This document shows, one piece after another, positions 1-11,500 of a DNA stretch of 64,000 bases. The notes beneath the pieces are model-generated. The model searched no databases, was not told where the DNA came from, and saw nothing but the letters and a program-made list of their open reading frames with translations. The stretch is taken from NCBI GenBank assembly GCA_963667365.1, contig OY763324.1:534433-598432 (forward strand), given 5' to 3'. Position numbers and translations under genes: made by a program. Numbering within the stretch: position 1 is the first letter of the stretch; every line of letters begins with the position of its first letter. The DNA is from Candidatus Poribacteria bacterium. GTDB taxonomy: Bacteria; Poribacteria; WGA-4E; WGA-3G.

Positions 1-822
1 TGTTCGCATTGTCGCAAGTATAGAATTACTGGAATCGGGGTTTGGATATCCCAACTTGAAGAACGCAGAGTAATCCCATTCTGCATCGCACTCACGCCAT
101 TCAAGTTTGGATGCTTCTTCTGCAGTAATCATTGTGCTTCGCCACACTCGCCAGTCGCGAATCTCTGGTACGACAGGAGCTTTCCGCGGATGGATCTTTG
201 CTTCACCAACTGCAGCAGTCATTTTCATGCCGGTCATACGTTCAAGCATGCCGAGTCGGTGTGTCAAACCATTGTTTAATGCACCGCCACCGTGAGCAAG
301 AGAACTCATCCAATTCCAAGGTTTAACCTTATCTGAAGGTTGTCCACCTGGAAGTCTGCGGGTGTATCCAACATCAACTGCTGTTATATCTCCGATAACC
401 TTCTGCTGCGTTAGCAGTTCACGCACATAAGCCACACTCGGATCATACAAATGTGTTGCGGCGAATGCATGTTTCAATCCAGTATCTTTGATGGTATTGT
501 AGATATGACCACCATCTTCGGCGTTAAGTGCAAGCGGTTTTTCACAGATGATATGGCATCCGAGTTCAACTGCTAATTCAATGACTTCAGTGCGTAAAAT
601 AGCAGGTGTTGTAACCGCAACAATATCAGGCTTATGTTCCAACAAACTCTTTCGCCAGTCAATTGAGGCATTTGGAACACCTAATTCGGTGGCGACTCTC
701 CCAACGATTTCGGGTTTGCGCGCACAGATGACAACTACTTCAACACCGTAATGCTGAAATGCCTTTATATGTCCTTCTGCTGACCATCCTGCACCAACAA
801 CAACCGCTCTTAATTTGCTCAT
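1..822 (-). CDS. Gfo/Idh/MocA family oxidoreductase (3' end runs off the window)
   Basis: Manual translation from ATG at 822: MSKLRAVVVGAGWSAEGH... with Rossmann GxGxxA and 'CEKPLA' motif; open to position 1; absent from the ORF track because there is no stop in the window. Confidence 0.85.
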   Translation of the reverse strand, partial: MSKLRAVVVGAGWSAEGHIKAFQHYGVEVVVICARKPEIVGRVATELGVPNASIDWRKSLLEHKPDIVAVTTPAILRTEVIELAVELGCHIICEKPLALNAEDGGHIYNTIKDTGLKHAFAATHLYDPSVAYVRELLTQQKVIGDITAVDVGYTRRLPGGQPSDKVKPWNWMSSLAHGGGALNNGLTHRLGMLERMTGMKMTAAVGEAKIHPRKAPVVPEIRDWRVWRSTMITAEEASKLEWRECDAEWDYSAFFKLGYPNPDSSNSILATMRT

Positions 823-869
823 ATAACCCTCGCAACTTACACATATATGCAATCAAATGATGTTTTAGG

Positions 870-2348
870 TTATGCTAATATCTCATTTACAACACGTGCC
901 TTCTCTTCAACCCCAGTTAACCGATGATCAAGTCCTTGGAACTTATAGGTTAACCGTTCGTGGTCAATACCAAGTTGATTGAGGATGGTAGCGTTTAGGT
1001 CTCGGACAGATACGGGGTCTTTGACGATATTATAACTGAAGTCATCAGTTTCACCGTGGACAATCCCGCTTTTAATACCAGCACCTGCCATCCACATAGT
1101 GAAACACTTCGGATGATGGTCTCGTCCGTAGTTATCCTTTTTGAGAGCGCCTTGGCAGTAAACAGTCCGTCCAAATTCACCACCCCACACAACGAGCGTA
1201 TCGTCAAGCATACCACGTTGTTTCAGGTCTTGCACAAGTGCTGTTGCAGGTTGGTCAATATCACGGCACTGGTTTCGGATATCGTTAGGTAGGTTGCCAT
1301 GCTGGTCCCAACCACGATGGAAGATTTGGACGAGACGGACATCTCGTTCCATCATCCGACGTGCAAGGATACAACAGTTTGCAAATGTGCCGGGGGTGTT
1401 AACATCGGGACCATACATCTCTTTTATCTTGTCCGACTCCTGATTTAGATCCGTGAGTTCTGGTACTGACGACTGCATTCGGAATGCCATCTCATATTGA
1501 GAAATCCGTGCATGCGTTTCTGGATCGCCCACTTCCTCATAGATTTCCTCGTTGAGTTTGACAAGTGAGTCAAGCATGCGTTTCCGCGCCTTTTCACTCA
1601 TACCTTTTGGGTTTGAGAGGAATAGCACGGGATCCCCTTGACTACGTAGAAGCACACCTTGATGTTCGGAAGGCAAGAATCCAGAACCCCAAAGTCGGTT
1701 ATAAAGTGCCTGTGCTGACTTTCTACCTGTCCATGTAGCATTCATCACAATAAAAGATGGTAGATTCCTGTTTTCTGTTCCTAAACCATAACTTAGCCAT
1801 GCACCGAGACTCGGTTTACCGGGAGTTTCATCTCCGGTACACACAAAAGTAATAGCAGGATCATGGTTAATCGCATCAGTATGTAACGATTTGACAATTG
1901 CGATATCTTTTACCATTGATGCAGTATGGGGGAGTAATTCGCTAACCCATGCACCATCACCACCGTTGTCATGTTTTTTAAACTCAAAAATGGAAGGTGC
2001 AATCGGAAAACGTTTCTGTCCAGAAGTCATTGTGGTGAGACGTTGTCCCATCCGTATAGTCTCTGGTAGGTCCTTATCAAACCATTCCCCCATCGTTGGT
2101 TTATAGTCATACATATCCATTTGAGAGGGAGCACCGGACATGAATAAGTAGATAGCACGTTTTGCTTTCGGTGCAAAGTGTGGCAGTTCAGGTAACCCAC
2201 CAGTCTGTGTCACTGCTTGCTGTTCAAGAGCACGAACGATACTACTCGGCAGTAGTGAGGCAAGGGCTGCACCACCAAGTCCCATCGCACATTTGCCAAA
2301 GAATTGGCGGCGTGTTTCAAGGTGAAGATATTCTCTAATTGGGTCCAT
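870..2348 (-). CDS. DUF1501 family protein (sulfatase-like, Tat-exported), copy A
   Basis: TRRQFF twin-arginine signal; [37 protein letters not shown] motifs typical of PVC-group DUF1501. Confidence 0.9.
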   Translation of the reverse strand: MDPIREYLHLETRRQFFGKCAMGLGGAALASLLPSSIVRALEQQAVTQTGGLPELPHFAPKAKRAIYLFMSGAPSQMDMYDYKPTMGEWFDKDLPETIRMGQRLTTMTSGQKRFPIAPSIFEFKKHDNGGDGAWVSELLPHTASMVKDIAIVKSLHTDAINHDPAITFVCTGDETPGKPSLGAWLSYGLGTENRNLPSFIVMNATWTGRKSAQALYNRLWGSGFLPSEHQGVLLRSQGDPVLFLSNPKGMSEKARKRMLDSLVKLNEEIYEEVGDPETHARISQYEMAFRMQSSVPELTDLNQESDKIKEMYGPDVNTPGTFANCCILARRMMERDVRLVQIFHRGWDQHGNLPNDIRNQCRDIDQPATALVQDLKQRGMLDDTLVVWGGEFGRTVYCQGALKKDNYGRDHHPKCFTMWMAGAGIKSGIVHGETDDFSYNIVKDPVSVRDLNATILNQLGIDHERLTYKFQGLDHRLTGVEEKARVVNEILA

Positions 2349-2395
2349 TGTTTGTCTCCTTTGTCTGTCTTTCCTTTAATTCAGACATGTGATGC

Positions 2396-3355
2396 TTAAT
2401 CATTTGCAGGCGGGGGTTGAATATCCAGTCCTTTTGTTGGTGGGATATCCAGTTCCAAATCCGGATTCTGTTCTAATAATGTTTGTAGTGGTTTCAAATC
2501 CTGAATCGGATTTTCTCTGATATATAAACGCTCCAAATTCCTGAAGTCTTCAACAAAACTGATGTTGCTAATTTGATTACGATTCAACCGTAATCTCATC
2601 ATCTGTGTCAAATCAGTGAGTGGTGTGACATTATTTATTTGATTTTCATTGAGTCCCAATTCTACCAATTCTGCCAACCCAACAAGTGGGGTAAGGTCAT
2701 TGATTTGATTCTTGTCAAGCCATAATCCTTCCAACTGGATTAGTTCTTTGAGTGGTGTGAGATTGGAGATGTTATTCTCCATGAGAATTAAATGTGTTAG
2801 CTGCGTCAATCTGGTAAGCGGTGTTAGGTCACTGATGTGATTGTCGCGCAGTCGTAATATTGCAATCTGTGTCAACTTGGTGAGTGGCGTTAGGTCGCTG
2901 ATCTCATTCCCATTAAGTCCTAATATTGTTATCTGTGTCAAGCCAGTGAGTGGCGTTAGGTCACTTATCTGATTATAGTCAAGCCATAATATCGTTAAAT
3001 TTGTTAATCCACTAAGAGGCGTGATATCGTCAATCCGATTTTTAAAAAGTTCTAATCGGACCAACTGAGTTAATTCAGCAATAGGGGTGATGTCACTGAT
3101 TTGATTCTTCTGCAGTTTTAAAGTCTTTAATCTTGTTGCCTTTTCTAACCCCGTTAAGTCTTTTATTCTTTTGTCATTTGCATCCAACTGTTCTAATTCT
3201 TCTAACTTCTTTTGTGGAATCGGATCGGTTGAAGCTAAATCAAGTGATTCTCTTACAGCAGCGGCTAAGTGAGGATCTGGTATTGTTACATCTTGATTAG
3301 ATGAACAACTACAGATAACAATAAGAAAAACAATAATGGTAGAAAAATGTTTCAT
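2396..3355 (-). CDS. Internalin-like leucine-rich repeat protein, possible lipoprotein
   Basis: 22-aa repeats LxxLxLxxNQISDLTPLxxL; N-cap IPDxxLxxAVRxxL; hydrophobic leader ending VICSC; start moved to MKHFS. Confidence 0.9.
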   Translation of the reverse strand: MKHFSTIIVFLIVICSCSSNQDVTIPDPHLAAAVRESLDLASTDPIPQKKLEELEQLDANDKRIKDLTGLEKATRLKTLKLQKNQISDITPIAELTQLVRLELFKNRIDDITPLSGLTNLTILWLDYNQISDLTPLTGLTQITILGLNGNEISDLTPLTKLTQIAILRLRDNHISDLTPLTRLTQLTHLILMENNISNLTPLKELIQLEGLWLDKNQINDLTPLVGLAELVELGLNENQINNVTPLTDLTQMMRLRLNRNQISNISFVEDFRNLERLYIRENPIQDLKPLQTLLEQNPDLELDIPPTKGLDIQPPPAND

Positions 3356-3531
3356 AAAGAAAACCATCTATTTTGAAGTTATTTGTATGCTAAGAATAAC
3401 TGAACATAATTGACAAGCAGACTTGCAATACCCGCCTGTTAGTAATAGATAATGTCTAATGTTTTCTCCGTAATTCAGTAATGCCTCAATATGTGTTCCA
3501 CATCCGATAGGTTATTAGATGCCTGTTAATA

Positions 3532-4692
3532 TTAACTTCTACTGGCAAGTTTATTGGCGAAAATACTGATTAGTCCACCAAGCATAATATATCCGAATAT
3601 GACTTCAAGTGTAACGAGGATACGTGCTGAGGTATTGTCCGCAACTACATCCCCGAATCCCAACGTCGTAAAGGTTACGATGCTAAAGTAAAAGGATTTC
3701 CAAAACGTAAAATCTTCGTTTGCTCCAGTGCCGGTTACTTGATGAAATTGTGGCATCGTTTCTTGTAGCCATTCTGGGTACATTTCTGGTGACGGCATAT
3801 ACACAAATGCAAACGACAGCGCAATGAGCAGTGACCAGAATGCCCAAAGGGCTAAACTGCGACCATAATCTGAACTCCCTCTCCAAATCGATGCCCAAAA
3901 CGGGTGCTTCTCTTTGAAAGCGCGTATGTACTGTTGATCCGCCACGTAACGTTTGAAAAACGGATTCAAAACGCCATTAATGTCTTCGCTATCTAAATAG
4001 AATTCTGTTGGTTGTTCGGGTTGATGGCGTAACTTGCTAAACAACCATTGCCACACGGTGTTTGGGGTAAAACTCACGGAACGATAGGATGCAGTAACAG
4101 CAAACCGTGCAGCTGTAAAATCAGTTTTTCCGAGAAACGTAGACTCATTAAAAACTGTGGTTTCTGAGAATCGTGCTTGTGTGAAGTCTAATTCGCTACC
4201 GAAAAATGCTTGTCTGAAATGCACGGTATCTTGAAAGGTTGCATTTCTGAAAACTGCGTTTTCTGTGAATTGCACCTCATTAAAATCTGCTACCTCATGA
4301 AAGTGTGATTGTGCAAACCGTACCATTCCGTGAAAGACTGTCCCACGGAAAAGGGACGAACCTTCAAACACCGATTCCCCGAAATCACATGCATTTTGGA
4401 AGACACTATTGCGGAAATAAACAGCATCTTGAAACCTCGAATTCCCGAAAAACACATCCTTTTGGAAACAGGTGTTTTCGAATTTGACAAGGTTTTTAAA
4501 CGTGCACCGGATGCAAACAATTTCCTTATCCACTACCAATTGTACTTCAACATCCGCTTCAGGTTCAGATGAAAAGTCAATCATTCCTTCAATTATACAA
4601 TTTGTCAAAAACACGCTTTCACAATCTGATCGCAAAATCGAAAGGAACGTATCTGCATCAAGCGTCTGTTCGGCACTATGATAAATTTCCAT
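3532..4692 (-). CDS. Pentapeptide-repeat protein fused to a C-terminal 2-TM potassium-channel pore
   Basis: F-x4 periodic repeats (FQDAVYFRNSVFQNACDF...), then TM, pore helix YFSIVTFTTLGFGD, TM. Confidence 0.85.
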   Translation of the reverse strand: MEIYHSAEQTLDADTFLSILRSDCESVFLTNCIIEGMIDFSSEPEADVEVQLVVDKEIVCIRCTFKNLVKFENTCFQKDVFFGNSRFQDAVYFRNSVFQNACDFGESVFEGSSLFRGTVFHGMVRFAQSHFHEVADFNEVQFTENAVFRNATFQDTVHFRQAFFGSELDFTQARFSETTVFNESTFLGKTDFTAARFAVTASYRSVSFTPNTVWQWLFSKLRHQPEQPTEFYLDSEDINGVLNPFFKRYVADQQYIRAFKEKHPFWASIWRGSSDYGRSLALWAFWSLLIALSFAFVYMPSPEMYPEWLQETMPQFHQVTGTGANEDFTFWKSFYFSIVTFTTLGFGDVVADNTSARILVTLEVIFGYIMLGGLISIFANKLASRS

Positions 4693-4824
4693 ATTACCTC
4701 CATACGTCTTGAAAACTGTAGTGCGAAAGTTATGAATGTAGACTGAGATGAAGGCTGCAGCCGATCGTAATTATATCTCTGAGCGCATGAGAAACTAACT
4801 ACCAAAAGACCTTAATGATCTGAG

Positions 4825-6303
4825 TTATGCCAATATCTCATTGACGACACGCGCTTTTTCCTCCACCCCAGTTAAGCGATGGTCAAGTCCTTGGAACTTA
4901 TAGGTCAACCGTTCGTGGTCAATACCGAGTTGGTTGAGAATAGTAGCGTTAAGGTCTCTAACAGAAACAGGGTCTTTGACGATATTATAGCTGAAGTCAT
5001 CGGTTTCACCGTGGACAATACCGCCTTTAATTCCACCGCCAGCCATCCAAAGCGTGAAACACTTCGGATGATGATCCCGTCCGTAGTTGTCTTTTTTGAG
5101 CGCACCTTGGCAATAGACAGTTCGTCCGAATTCACCACCCCACACCACAAGGGTTTCATCAAGCATACCACGTTGTTTCAGGTCTTGAACGAGTGCAGTT
5201 GCAGGTTGGTCAATGTCGCGTGCCTGATTCCGTATGTTATTGGGAAGGTCTCCGTGCTGGTCCCAACCACGATGGAAGATTTGAACGAGTCGTACATCGC
5301 GTTCCATCATCCGACGTGCAAGAATACAGCAATTAGCAAATGTGCCGGGTGTGTCAACCTCAGGACCATACATCTCCTTGACTTTATCCGTTTCCTGTTT
5401 CAGATCTGTAAGTTCGGGAACAGAGGTCTGCATACGGAATGCCATCTCATATTGTGAGATACGCGCATGCGTTTCTGGATCACCGACTTCCTCATAGATT
5501 TCCTCGTTGAGTTTGACAAGTGAGTCAAGCATCCGTTTTCGTGCATTTTCACTCATACCTTTCGGATTAGAGAGGAACAGCACCGGATCGCCTTGACTAC
5601 GGAGTAACACACCTTGGTGCTCAGAAGGGAGGAAACCAGAACCCCATAGGCGATTGTAAAGTGCTTGTGCTCCCTTCGGACCGCTCCATGTAGCGTTCAT
5701 CACAATGAAAGCCGGTAAGTTTTGGTTTTCACTGCCGAGTCCATAACTTAGCCATGCACCGAGACTCGGTTTGCCGGGGGTTTCGTCTCCAGTACATACA
5801 AAGGTGATTGCAGGATCGTGATTAATAGCATCGGTATGTACCGATTTGACAATAGCAATATCTTTTACCATTGATGCAGTATGCGGGAGCAATTCGCTAA
5901 GCCACGCACCATCGCTTCCATTATCATACTTTTTAAACTCAAAGATTGAAGGAGCGATTGGAAAACGTGCTTGTCCAGAGGTCATCGTGGTGAGACGTTG
6001 TCCCATCCGAACGGTCTCAGGTAAGTCCTTATCAAAGAATTCCCCCATCTTCGGTTTGTAGTCAAACAGATCCATTTGCGAAGGCGCGCCAGACATAAAT
6101 AGGTAGATTGCGCGTTTTGCCTTAGGCGCAAAGTGCGGGAGTTCTGGTAGACCGCCAACTCGTACTCCTGATTGCTGTTCAAGAGCATGGACAATACTAC
6201 TCGGCAGCAGCGAGGCAAGGGCTGCACCACCGAGTCCAGCGGCACATTTACCGAAGAATTGGCGGCGTGTTTCAAGTTTCAAATATTCCTTAATCGGGTC
6301 CAT
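4825..6303 (-). CDS. DUF1501 family protein, copy B
   Basis: Near-identical in protein to 870..2348, same motifs; start moved to MDPIK at 6303. Confidence 0.9.
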   Translation of the reverse strand: MDPIKEYLKLETRRQFFGKCAAGLGGAALASLLPSSIVHALEQQSGVRVGGLPELPHFAPKAKRAIYLFMSGAPSQMDLFDYKPKMGEFFDKDLPETVRMGQRLTTMTSGQARFPIAPSIFEFKKYDNGSDGAWLSELLPHTASMVKDIAIVKSVHTDAINHDPAITFVCTGDETPGKPSLGAWLSYGLGSENQNLPAFIVMNATWSGPKGAQALYNRLWGSGFLPSEHQGVLLRSQGDPVLFLSNPKGMSENARKRMLDSLVKLNEEIYEEVGDPETHARISQYEMAFRMQTSVPELTDLKQETDKVKEMYGPEVDTPGTFANCCILARRMMERDVRLVQIFHRGWDQHGDLPNNIRNQARDIDQPATALVQDLKQRGMLDETLVVWGGEFGRTVYCQGALKKDNYGRDHHPKCFTLWMAGGGIKGGIVHGETDDFSYNIVKDPVSVRDLNATILNQLGIDHERLTYKFQGLDHRLTGVEEKARVVNEILA

Positions 6304-6352
6304 TGTTATCTCCTTTTGCAATGTCTGCTGCTTCTTTGGACATCGCTATGCT

Positions 6353-7774
6353 TTACTTATTTCCAGGTGGTGGTTGAATGTTCAGTTCATTTGATGTTCG
6401 GATATCTACTTTCAACTTTTCATTTTGTTTCAAAAGTACTTGAAGAGGTTCCATATCTTGAATTGGATTTCCCCTGAGATTTAGACTCCTTAAATTTGGA
6501 AACTTCACAAGGAGGCTAATGTCAGTGATTTGGTTTCTGTCTATATCCAATAGTTCTAACTTTGTTGCTCCGGCTATGGGAGTGAGATCACTGATTTTGT
6601 TAACTCCAAGGCTTAATTCTTCCAATTCTGTCAAATGGGTTAATGGTGTGAGATCGCTGATTTGATTCCCCCAAAGCCACAACTTCTGCATTTGTGTCAA
6701 CTCAGTTAATGGTGTTATGTCGGTAATTTTGTTATCCCATGCCCAAAATGATGTCAAACTTCGTAAATTTTGGATAGGTGCTATGTCAGTAATTTTGTTT
6801 CCACCCAGATTTAATTCTTTTAACTTTGTTAAATCTTTCAGTGGTGTGATATTATCAATCTGGTTTCTTTGGAGACTCAAACTATCCAATTTTTTCAACC
6901 CAGCGAGAGGTTTAATGTTTGTAATTTGATTTTCCTGAAGCAGTATACCTGTTAGTTCTGTTAAGTTCGTGAGTGGTGTAATATCGTTGATTGCATTCTT
7001 ATGAATTCGGAGCCATGTCAATTTTGTCATTCCACCAAGGACTGTGATATCATGAATTTGTGTGTTATGAAGGTTTAAGCCTGTTAATTGGGTTAGTTTT
7101 TTGAGTGGTGTGATGTCCTGAATCTGACTTCCCCAAAGCCATAGCATCTTTAGGTTAGTCAAGTCTGCGAGAAACGTGATGTCACGAAACTGATTGCCAC
7201 CAAGTGCTAACTCAGTCAAATGTGTTAATGCACCCAGAGGTGTTATATCGCTGATTTGATTTCTGGTGAGATATAAATGTGTCAACTGCGACATTCGTAT
7301 GAGCGGCAAGACATTTTTGATTTTATTGTCATTTAGACGTAAGTATGTAATTTGTTTCAAATTAGATAACGGTTTTATGTCACTTATTTGATTGGCTTGA
7401 ATCCGCAGTTCCGTAAGTTGTGTCAAGTCAGCAAGGGGTGTGATATTAATGATCTTATTATTATCGAGATTTAGATTTTTTAACTGTGTCAGTTTGGCGA
7501 GTAGTCCAATGTTACTTATTTGATTTACCGACAAATTTAACGCTATTAGTCCTGTTGCTTTTTCTAAACCAGTTAAATCACTTATGTCTTTATTTCTTGC
7601 ACTAAGTTGTCCTAATTCTTTCAATTTGTTTTCCGATATAGGATCGGTTGGACTTAAATTGAGTGCCTCACGGACAGCAGAAGCTAAGTTCTCGTCCGGT
7701 ATTTTCACAGTATCGCTATATGCAAATGTGAGCGAAGATATGAGTATGAGAACTATAATGAAAAAAGACTTCAT
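6353..7774 (-). CDS. Internalin-like LRR protein with Sec signal peptide
   Basis: MKSFFIIVLILISSLTFA leader; long run of 22-aa LRRs; same N-cap as the other two LRR genes. Confidence 0.9.
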   Translation of the reverse strand: MKSFFIIVLILISSLTFAYSDTVKIPDENLASAVREALNLSPTDPISENKLKELGQLSARNKDISDLTGLEKATGLIALNLSVNQISNIGLLAKLTQLKNLNLDNNKIINITPLADLTQLTELRIQANQISDIKPLSNLKQITYLRLNDNKIKNVLPLIRMSQLTHLYLTRNQISDITPLGALTHLTELALGGNQFRDITFLADLTNLKMLWLWGSQIQDITPLKKLTQLTGLNLHNTQIHDITVLGGMTKLTWLRIHKNAINDITPLTNLTELTGILLQENQITNIKPLAGLKKLDSLSLQRNQIDNITPLKDLTKLKELNLGGNKITDIAPIQNLRSLTSFWAWDNKITDITPLTELTQMQKLWLWGNQISDLTPLTHLTELEELSLGVNKISDLTPIAGATKLELLDIDRNQITDISLLVKFPNLRSLNLRGNPIQDMEPLQVLLKQNEKLKVDIRTSNELNIQPPPGNK

Positions 7775-7789
7775 ATTGTAGACCTCAAT

Positions 7790-8527
7790 TTAATTGTCAA
7801 CAATAGATGGAATATCCAATTCTAAATCCCTGAGTTTTTGAAGCGGTTCCAAATCCTGAATCGGATTATCTTTGATATGTAAACGTGATAAACTCTCCAA
7901 ATTCGCTATAGGACTCACATTACTGATTTGATTATTATCCAGCGATAAGTGTGTCAAATGTAACAATCCCTCAATAGGTGTGATGTTGTTGATCTGATTT
8001 CCGCTAAGCCATAAGTGCGTTATCTGCTTCAGATTCGTAAGAGGCGAGATATTGTAAAGATGATTCCGTCGAAGGTTTAAAAACTGCATCTGCGTCAGAT
8101 TAGCAAGCGGTGTTATATCTGTGATTTCATTGTCCCAAAGTCCTAATTCTGTGAGATGTGTCAATCCCGCAAGCGGTGTTATGTCACTAATTTGATTATC
8201 ACCAAGTCCCAATTTTGTGATTTGCTTTAACTTTTCCAGCGGGGAAATATCGCTAATTTGATTGTCCCAGAATTCTACATTAGTCAGTTGTGTCAAACCA
8301 CTAATAGGTGTGATGTCGGTGATATGATTCTTTTGAAATTCTAAAACCTTTAAACCTGTTGCCTTCTCCAGTCCAGTTAAGTCTTTTATGTCTTTTTCTT
8401 CAGCATGCAGTTTCTCTAATTCTGTAAACTTGTTTTGCTGAATAGGATCGGTTGTGCCTAAACCGAGTGCATCTCGCACTGCAGCAGATAAGTTGCTATC
8501 TGGTATTGTAACAGGAGTAGAATTCAT
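7790..8527 (-). CDS. Internalin-like LRR protein without signal peptide
   Basis: IPDSNLSAAVRDAL N-cap followed by LRRs; no hydrophobic leader. Confidence 0.88.
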   Translation of the reverse strand: MNSTPVTIPDSNLSAAVRDALGLGTTDPIQQNKFTELEKLHAEEKDIKDLTGLEKATGLKVLEFQKNHITDITPISGLTQLTNVEFWDNQISDISPLEKLKQITKLGLGDNQISDITPLAGLTHLTELGLWDNEITDITPLANLTQMQFLNLRRNHLYNISPLTNLKQITHLWLSGNQINNITPIEGLLHLTHLSLDNNQISNVSPIANLESLSRLHIKDNPIQDLEPLQKLRDLELDIPSIVDN

Positions 8528-8575
8528 ATTCTTATGCGATGGGTACTGCTATAAACAGTACCCATCAAGGTTAAA

Positions 8576-11500
8576 TCATCCTTTATTTAGGACTTCATCT
8601 AAATTGAGGATTAGGTTTGCAATCATCGTCCATGTAGCAACTTCGACCGCATCCAATTTTTCATCAGGTGTGGATTCACCGACAGCGATGAGTTCTTTGG
8701 CTGCCTCAGGAGCTGCATTCAGTTCTTCTTCGTGTGCCTGCATCGTTTCGAGTATTAGTGCGGCTTCCATTGCTTTCGGTTCGCGTGCAGTTGCCAACTC
8801 AAACATATAGGAGATCCGCTCCTCAGGTGTATTACCTCCAAATTTAATCGTGTGTTCAGCAAAAACGCGTGCCGCTTCAAAGAACTGTGGATCATTCATC
8901 AACATTAACGCTTGCATCGGTGTATTCGTCCGTTCACGACGAATTGTGCAAGCCTCGCGTGATGGCGCATCCAATATGTTCATCTGAGGCGGTGGTGCGG
9001 TTCGCTTCCAGAATGTATAGAGGCTACGACGATAGATTTTATCAGCACCAGAATCTTTCCTAAAGGTATCAGTATTAGATCCTGTGAACCCGACAGCTTT
9101 CCAGAGTCCACCCGGTTGTGGTGGTTTTACACTCGGTCCACCGATACGTTTATACAACAATCCACTGAGAGCAAGTGCATTATCGCGCACGATTTCTGCA
9201 TCAAAACGATACCTTGGAGCACGAGAGAGTAGCACATTATCAGCATCACGTTCTAATTTTTCTGACGTAACCTGTGCACTCTGTCGGTATGTAGCCGAGG
9301 TAAGCATAAGTTTCAGCATTGTTTGCATGTCCCAACCAGATTCGACAAATTCTGTTGCAAGCCAATCCAGAAGTTCCGGATGCACTGGCGGTGTGCCTTG
9401 TGTACCGAAGTCTTCTGACGTTCTCACAATGCCTGTTCCGAAGACGTGTTGCCAGAAACGGTTAATCGTAACACGTGAAGTTAGCGGATGTTTGGCTGAG
9501 ACCAACCATTTTGCCAATGAAAGTCGGTTCGGTGGTGAACCTTTTATCATCGGTGGTAGAACTGCTGGAGTTTGTGGAGTGACCTGTTCTGCGCGATGTT
9601 CGTATGCACCGCGTTCAAGAACATACGCACCACGCGGTTCCGAACGTTCCTGCATCACCAATGTTGTGGTAAGCGAATTGTTTAGGGAATTCCGCTTATT
9701 CTGGGTATCCGTGATGTCAGCGTAGAGTTTCTTCAAACCTTCATCGGTTGATACATTCCGACGGTAATATTCCCGAATTTGCGTCTGTTGATCACCGTTA
9801 CGTTTTCCTCTTTCAATTGCTATCGTATCAACGATATTTGCTGTTACCATCGGAGTATCAGATTCCATGCGGAAGTAGAAACCAGACGGTCCAGAATAGT
9901 TAACAACCTTTAACAACAAAGCATTGTTACCCGGATTAAGCTGAATTTGGATTCTGTCCGTATCCGGTGTCGCATCGCGTTGGATATTACTGGCAAGCAC
10001 TTCTGTTTGGTTTACCCACACTTTCAACGCATCGTTGCTGCTGAGAAATAGTGTTGCCTTCTGTTGGGTTTCAGATGAGATGTTACGATAGAGATATGTG
10101 GCACTATTTTCACCAACAATGTCGTTATGCACTTCTCCATCTGTCCAATGTGTCTGCTGTTTCCACGTCAATTCCTGCGAATCGACAGTGAATTTATCAC
10201 CCGTATTCACAGGTTTCGTTTCCGGTTCATAAACATTATAGAAAGCGATATTTCCGTGTTCAGCAGTAAACGGACCGGCTGAATGCCAGTTCCCAAGTGC
10301 CACCTTAGAACCAATGGGATAGATCGTAGGTGCATTTGTGACTGCCAGTCTGAACCGACCAAAGTGGTGCTTTGCATGTTCAGACTCGTGTCTAATACGA
10401 ATCCTTACCAACCCACCTTCCGTACCAAACGGATTGGCAACAAGGAAAATCGCTTGGCGACTGTTGCCACGATTATTGTTACTTTCCAATCCCCAACCTG
10501 TTTCCGATTTATCATCAATTACATTTGCAATGACAAAATCAGCGCTTGCTTGCTCTTTATCTGCCCATGCCTTTACGATGGGTACGGATGTCCAAGGATC
10601 TTTTTCCTCAACGGGTTCTGCAGTTTCTTCAGTTGTTTCCTCAGTTTCTGGTGCTGCATCCTCAGCGGTATCCGTTTCCTCAGTTTCTGGTGCTGCATCT
10701 TCATCGGTTTCAGGAGCAGCCTCTTCAACTGGTTTCTCTTCATCGGTTTCAGGAGCAGCTTCATCAACTGGTTTATCAGTAGTTTTCTCCTCATCAGTTT
10801 CTTCAGCGGTTTTCGTTTCTTCTGCTTTAGCAGCTTCTTCAGCAGCTTTGGCTTCTTCAGCAGCCTTTGCCTCAGCGGCTGCTTTTGCTTCAGCGGCAGC
10901 CTTTGCCTCTTCAGTCGCTTTTTGTGCTGCTTCCTTAGCAGAATTAAGCATTTCTTCTGCCATTGCAGCAGGTACAATGTCAACAGAAAATCCGGTTAAA
11001 ACCACGTTGCTATTATCGCTGCGTCCAATCCCACTTCCCGGCAAAGACTTATCTGGAATACCTTCCAATCGTACTGCACTCCATTTGCCTGGAGGTAGTT
11101 TCGCATAGACTTCGTATACCTCTTTGTCAGGATTCATGCCACTTGCCAAAACGGAATTATCCTCACTGATATTAACCGTTGCCAAACCTTGTGAAAGGAC
11201 AACATCTGGCTTGATGAATGTCCATCGCGGCATTCTGTTTTCCCATGCAGTTTGGGCAGCATCAATATGTGGAATCGATCCTTTGCTCTGAGCATCTAAG
11301 TCTTTAATCTGTTCATCATACTTTGCGAGTTGTGCTGTCTGCTCAGGGGTCGGTAACTTCACTACAGGTGGAGAATCCTTGCGGTTACCATCCATTGCAT
11401 TTTCAGTAATGTTGTTAAAATAGGCGTAAAGTTGATAGTATTCCTTCTGAGAAATAGGGTCATATTTATGGTCGTGGCACTGTGCACAACCCGCGGTTAA

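Noticed and set aside
995-2106. Short ORFs antisense to or in alternative frames of DUF1501 that recur in both copies (e.g. 995..1216 and 4905..5171; 1891..2106 and 5846..6061)
   Set aside because: Their similarity follows from the duplication of the host gene; no RBS or independent motifs
10595-10969. Possible CRISPR array from the 39-bp periodic repeats
   Set aside because: In-frame coding repeats, no unique spacers, no cas genes
10283-11108. Long plus-strand ORFs (238 and 256 aa) rich in Ser/Ala or Phe/Cys
   Set aside because: Antisense shadows of the low-complexity insert, which lacks stop codons on the opposite strand
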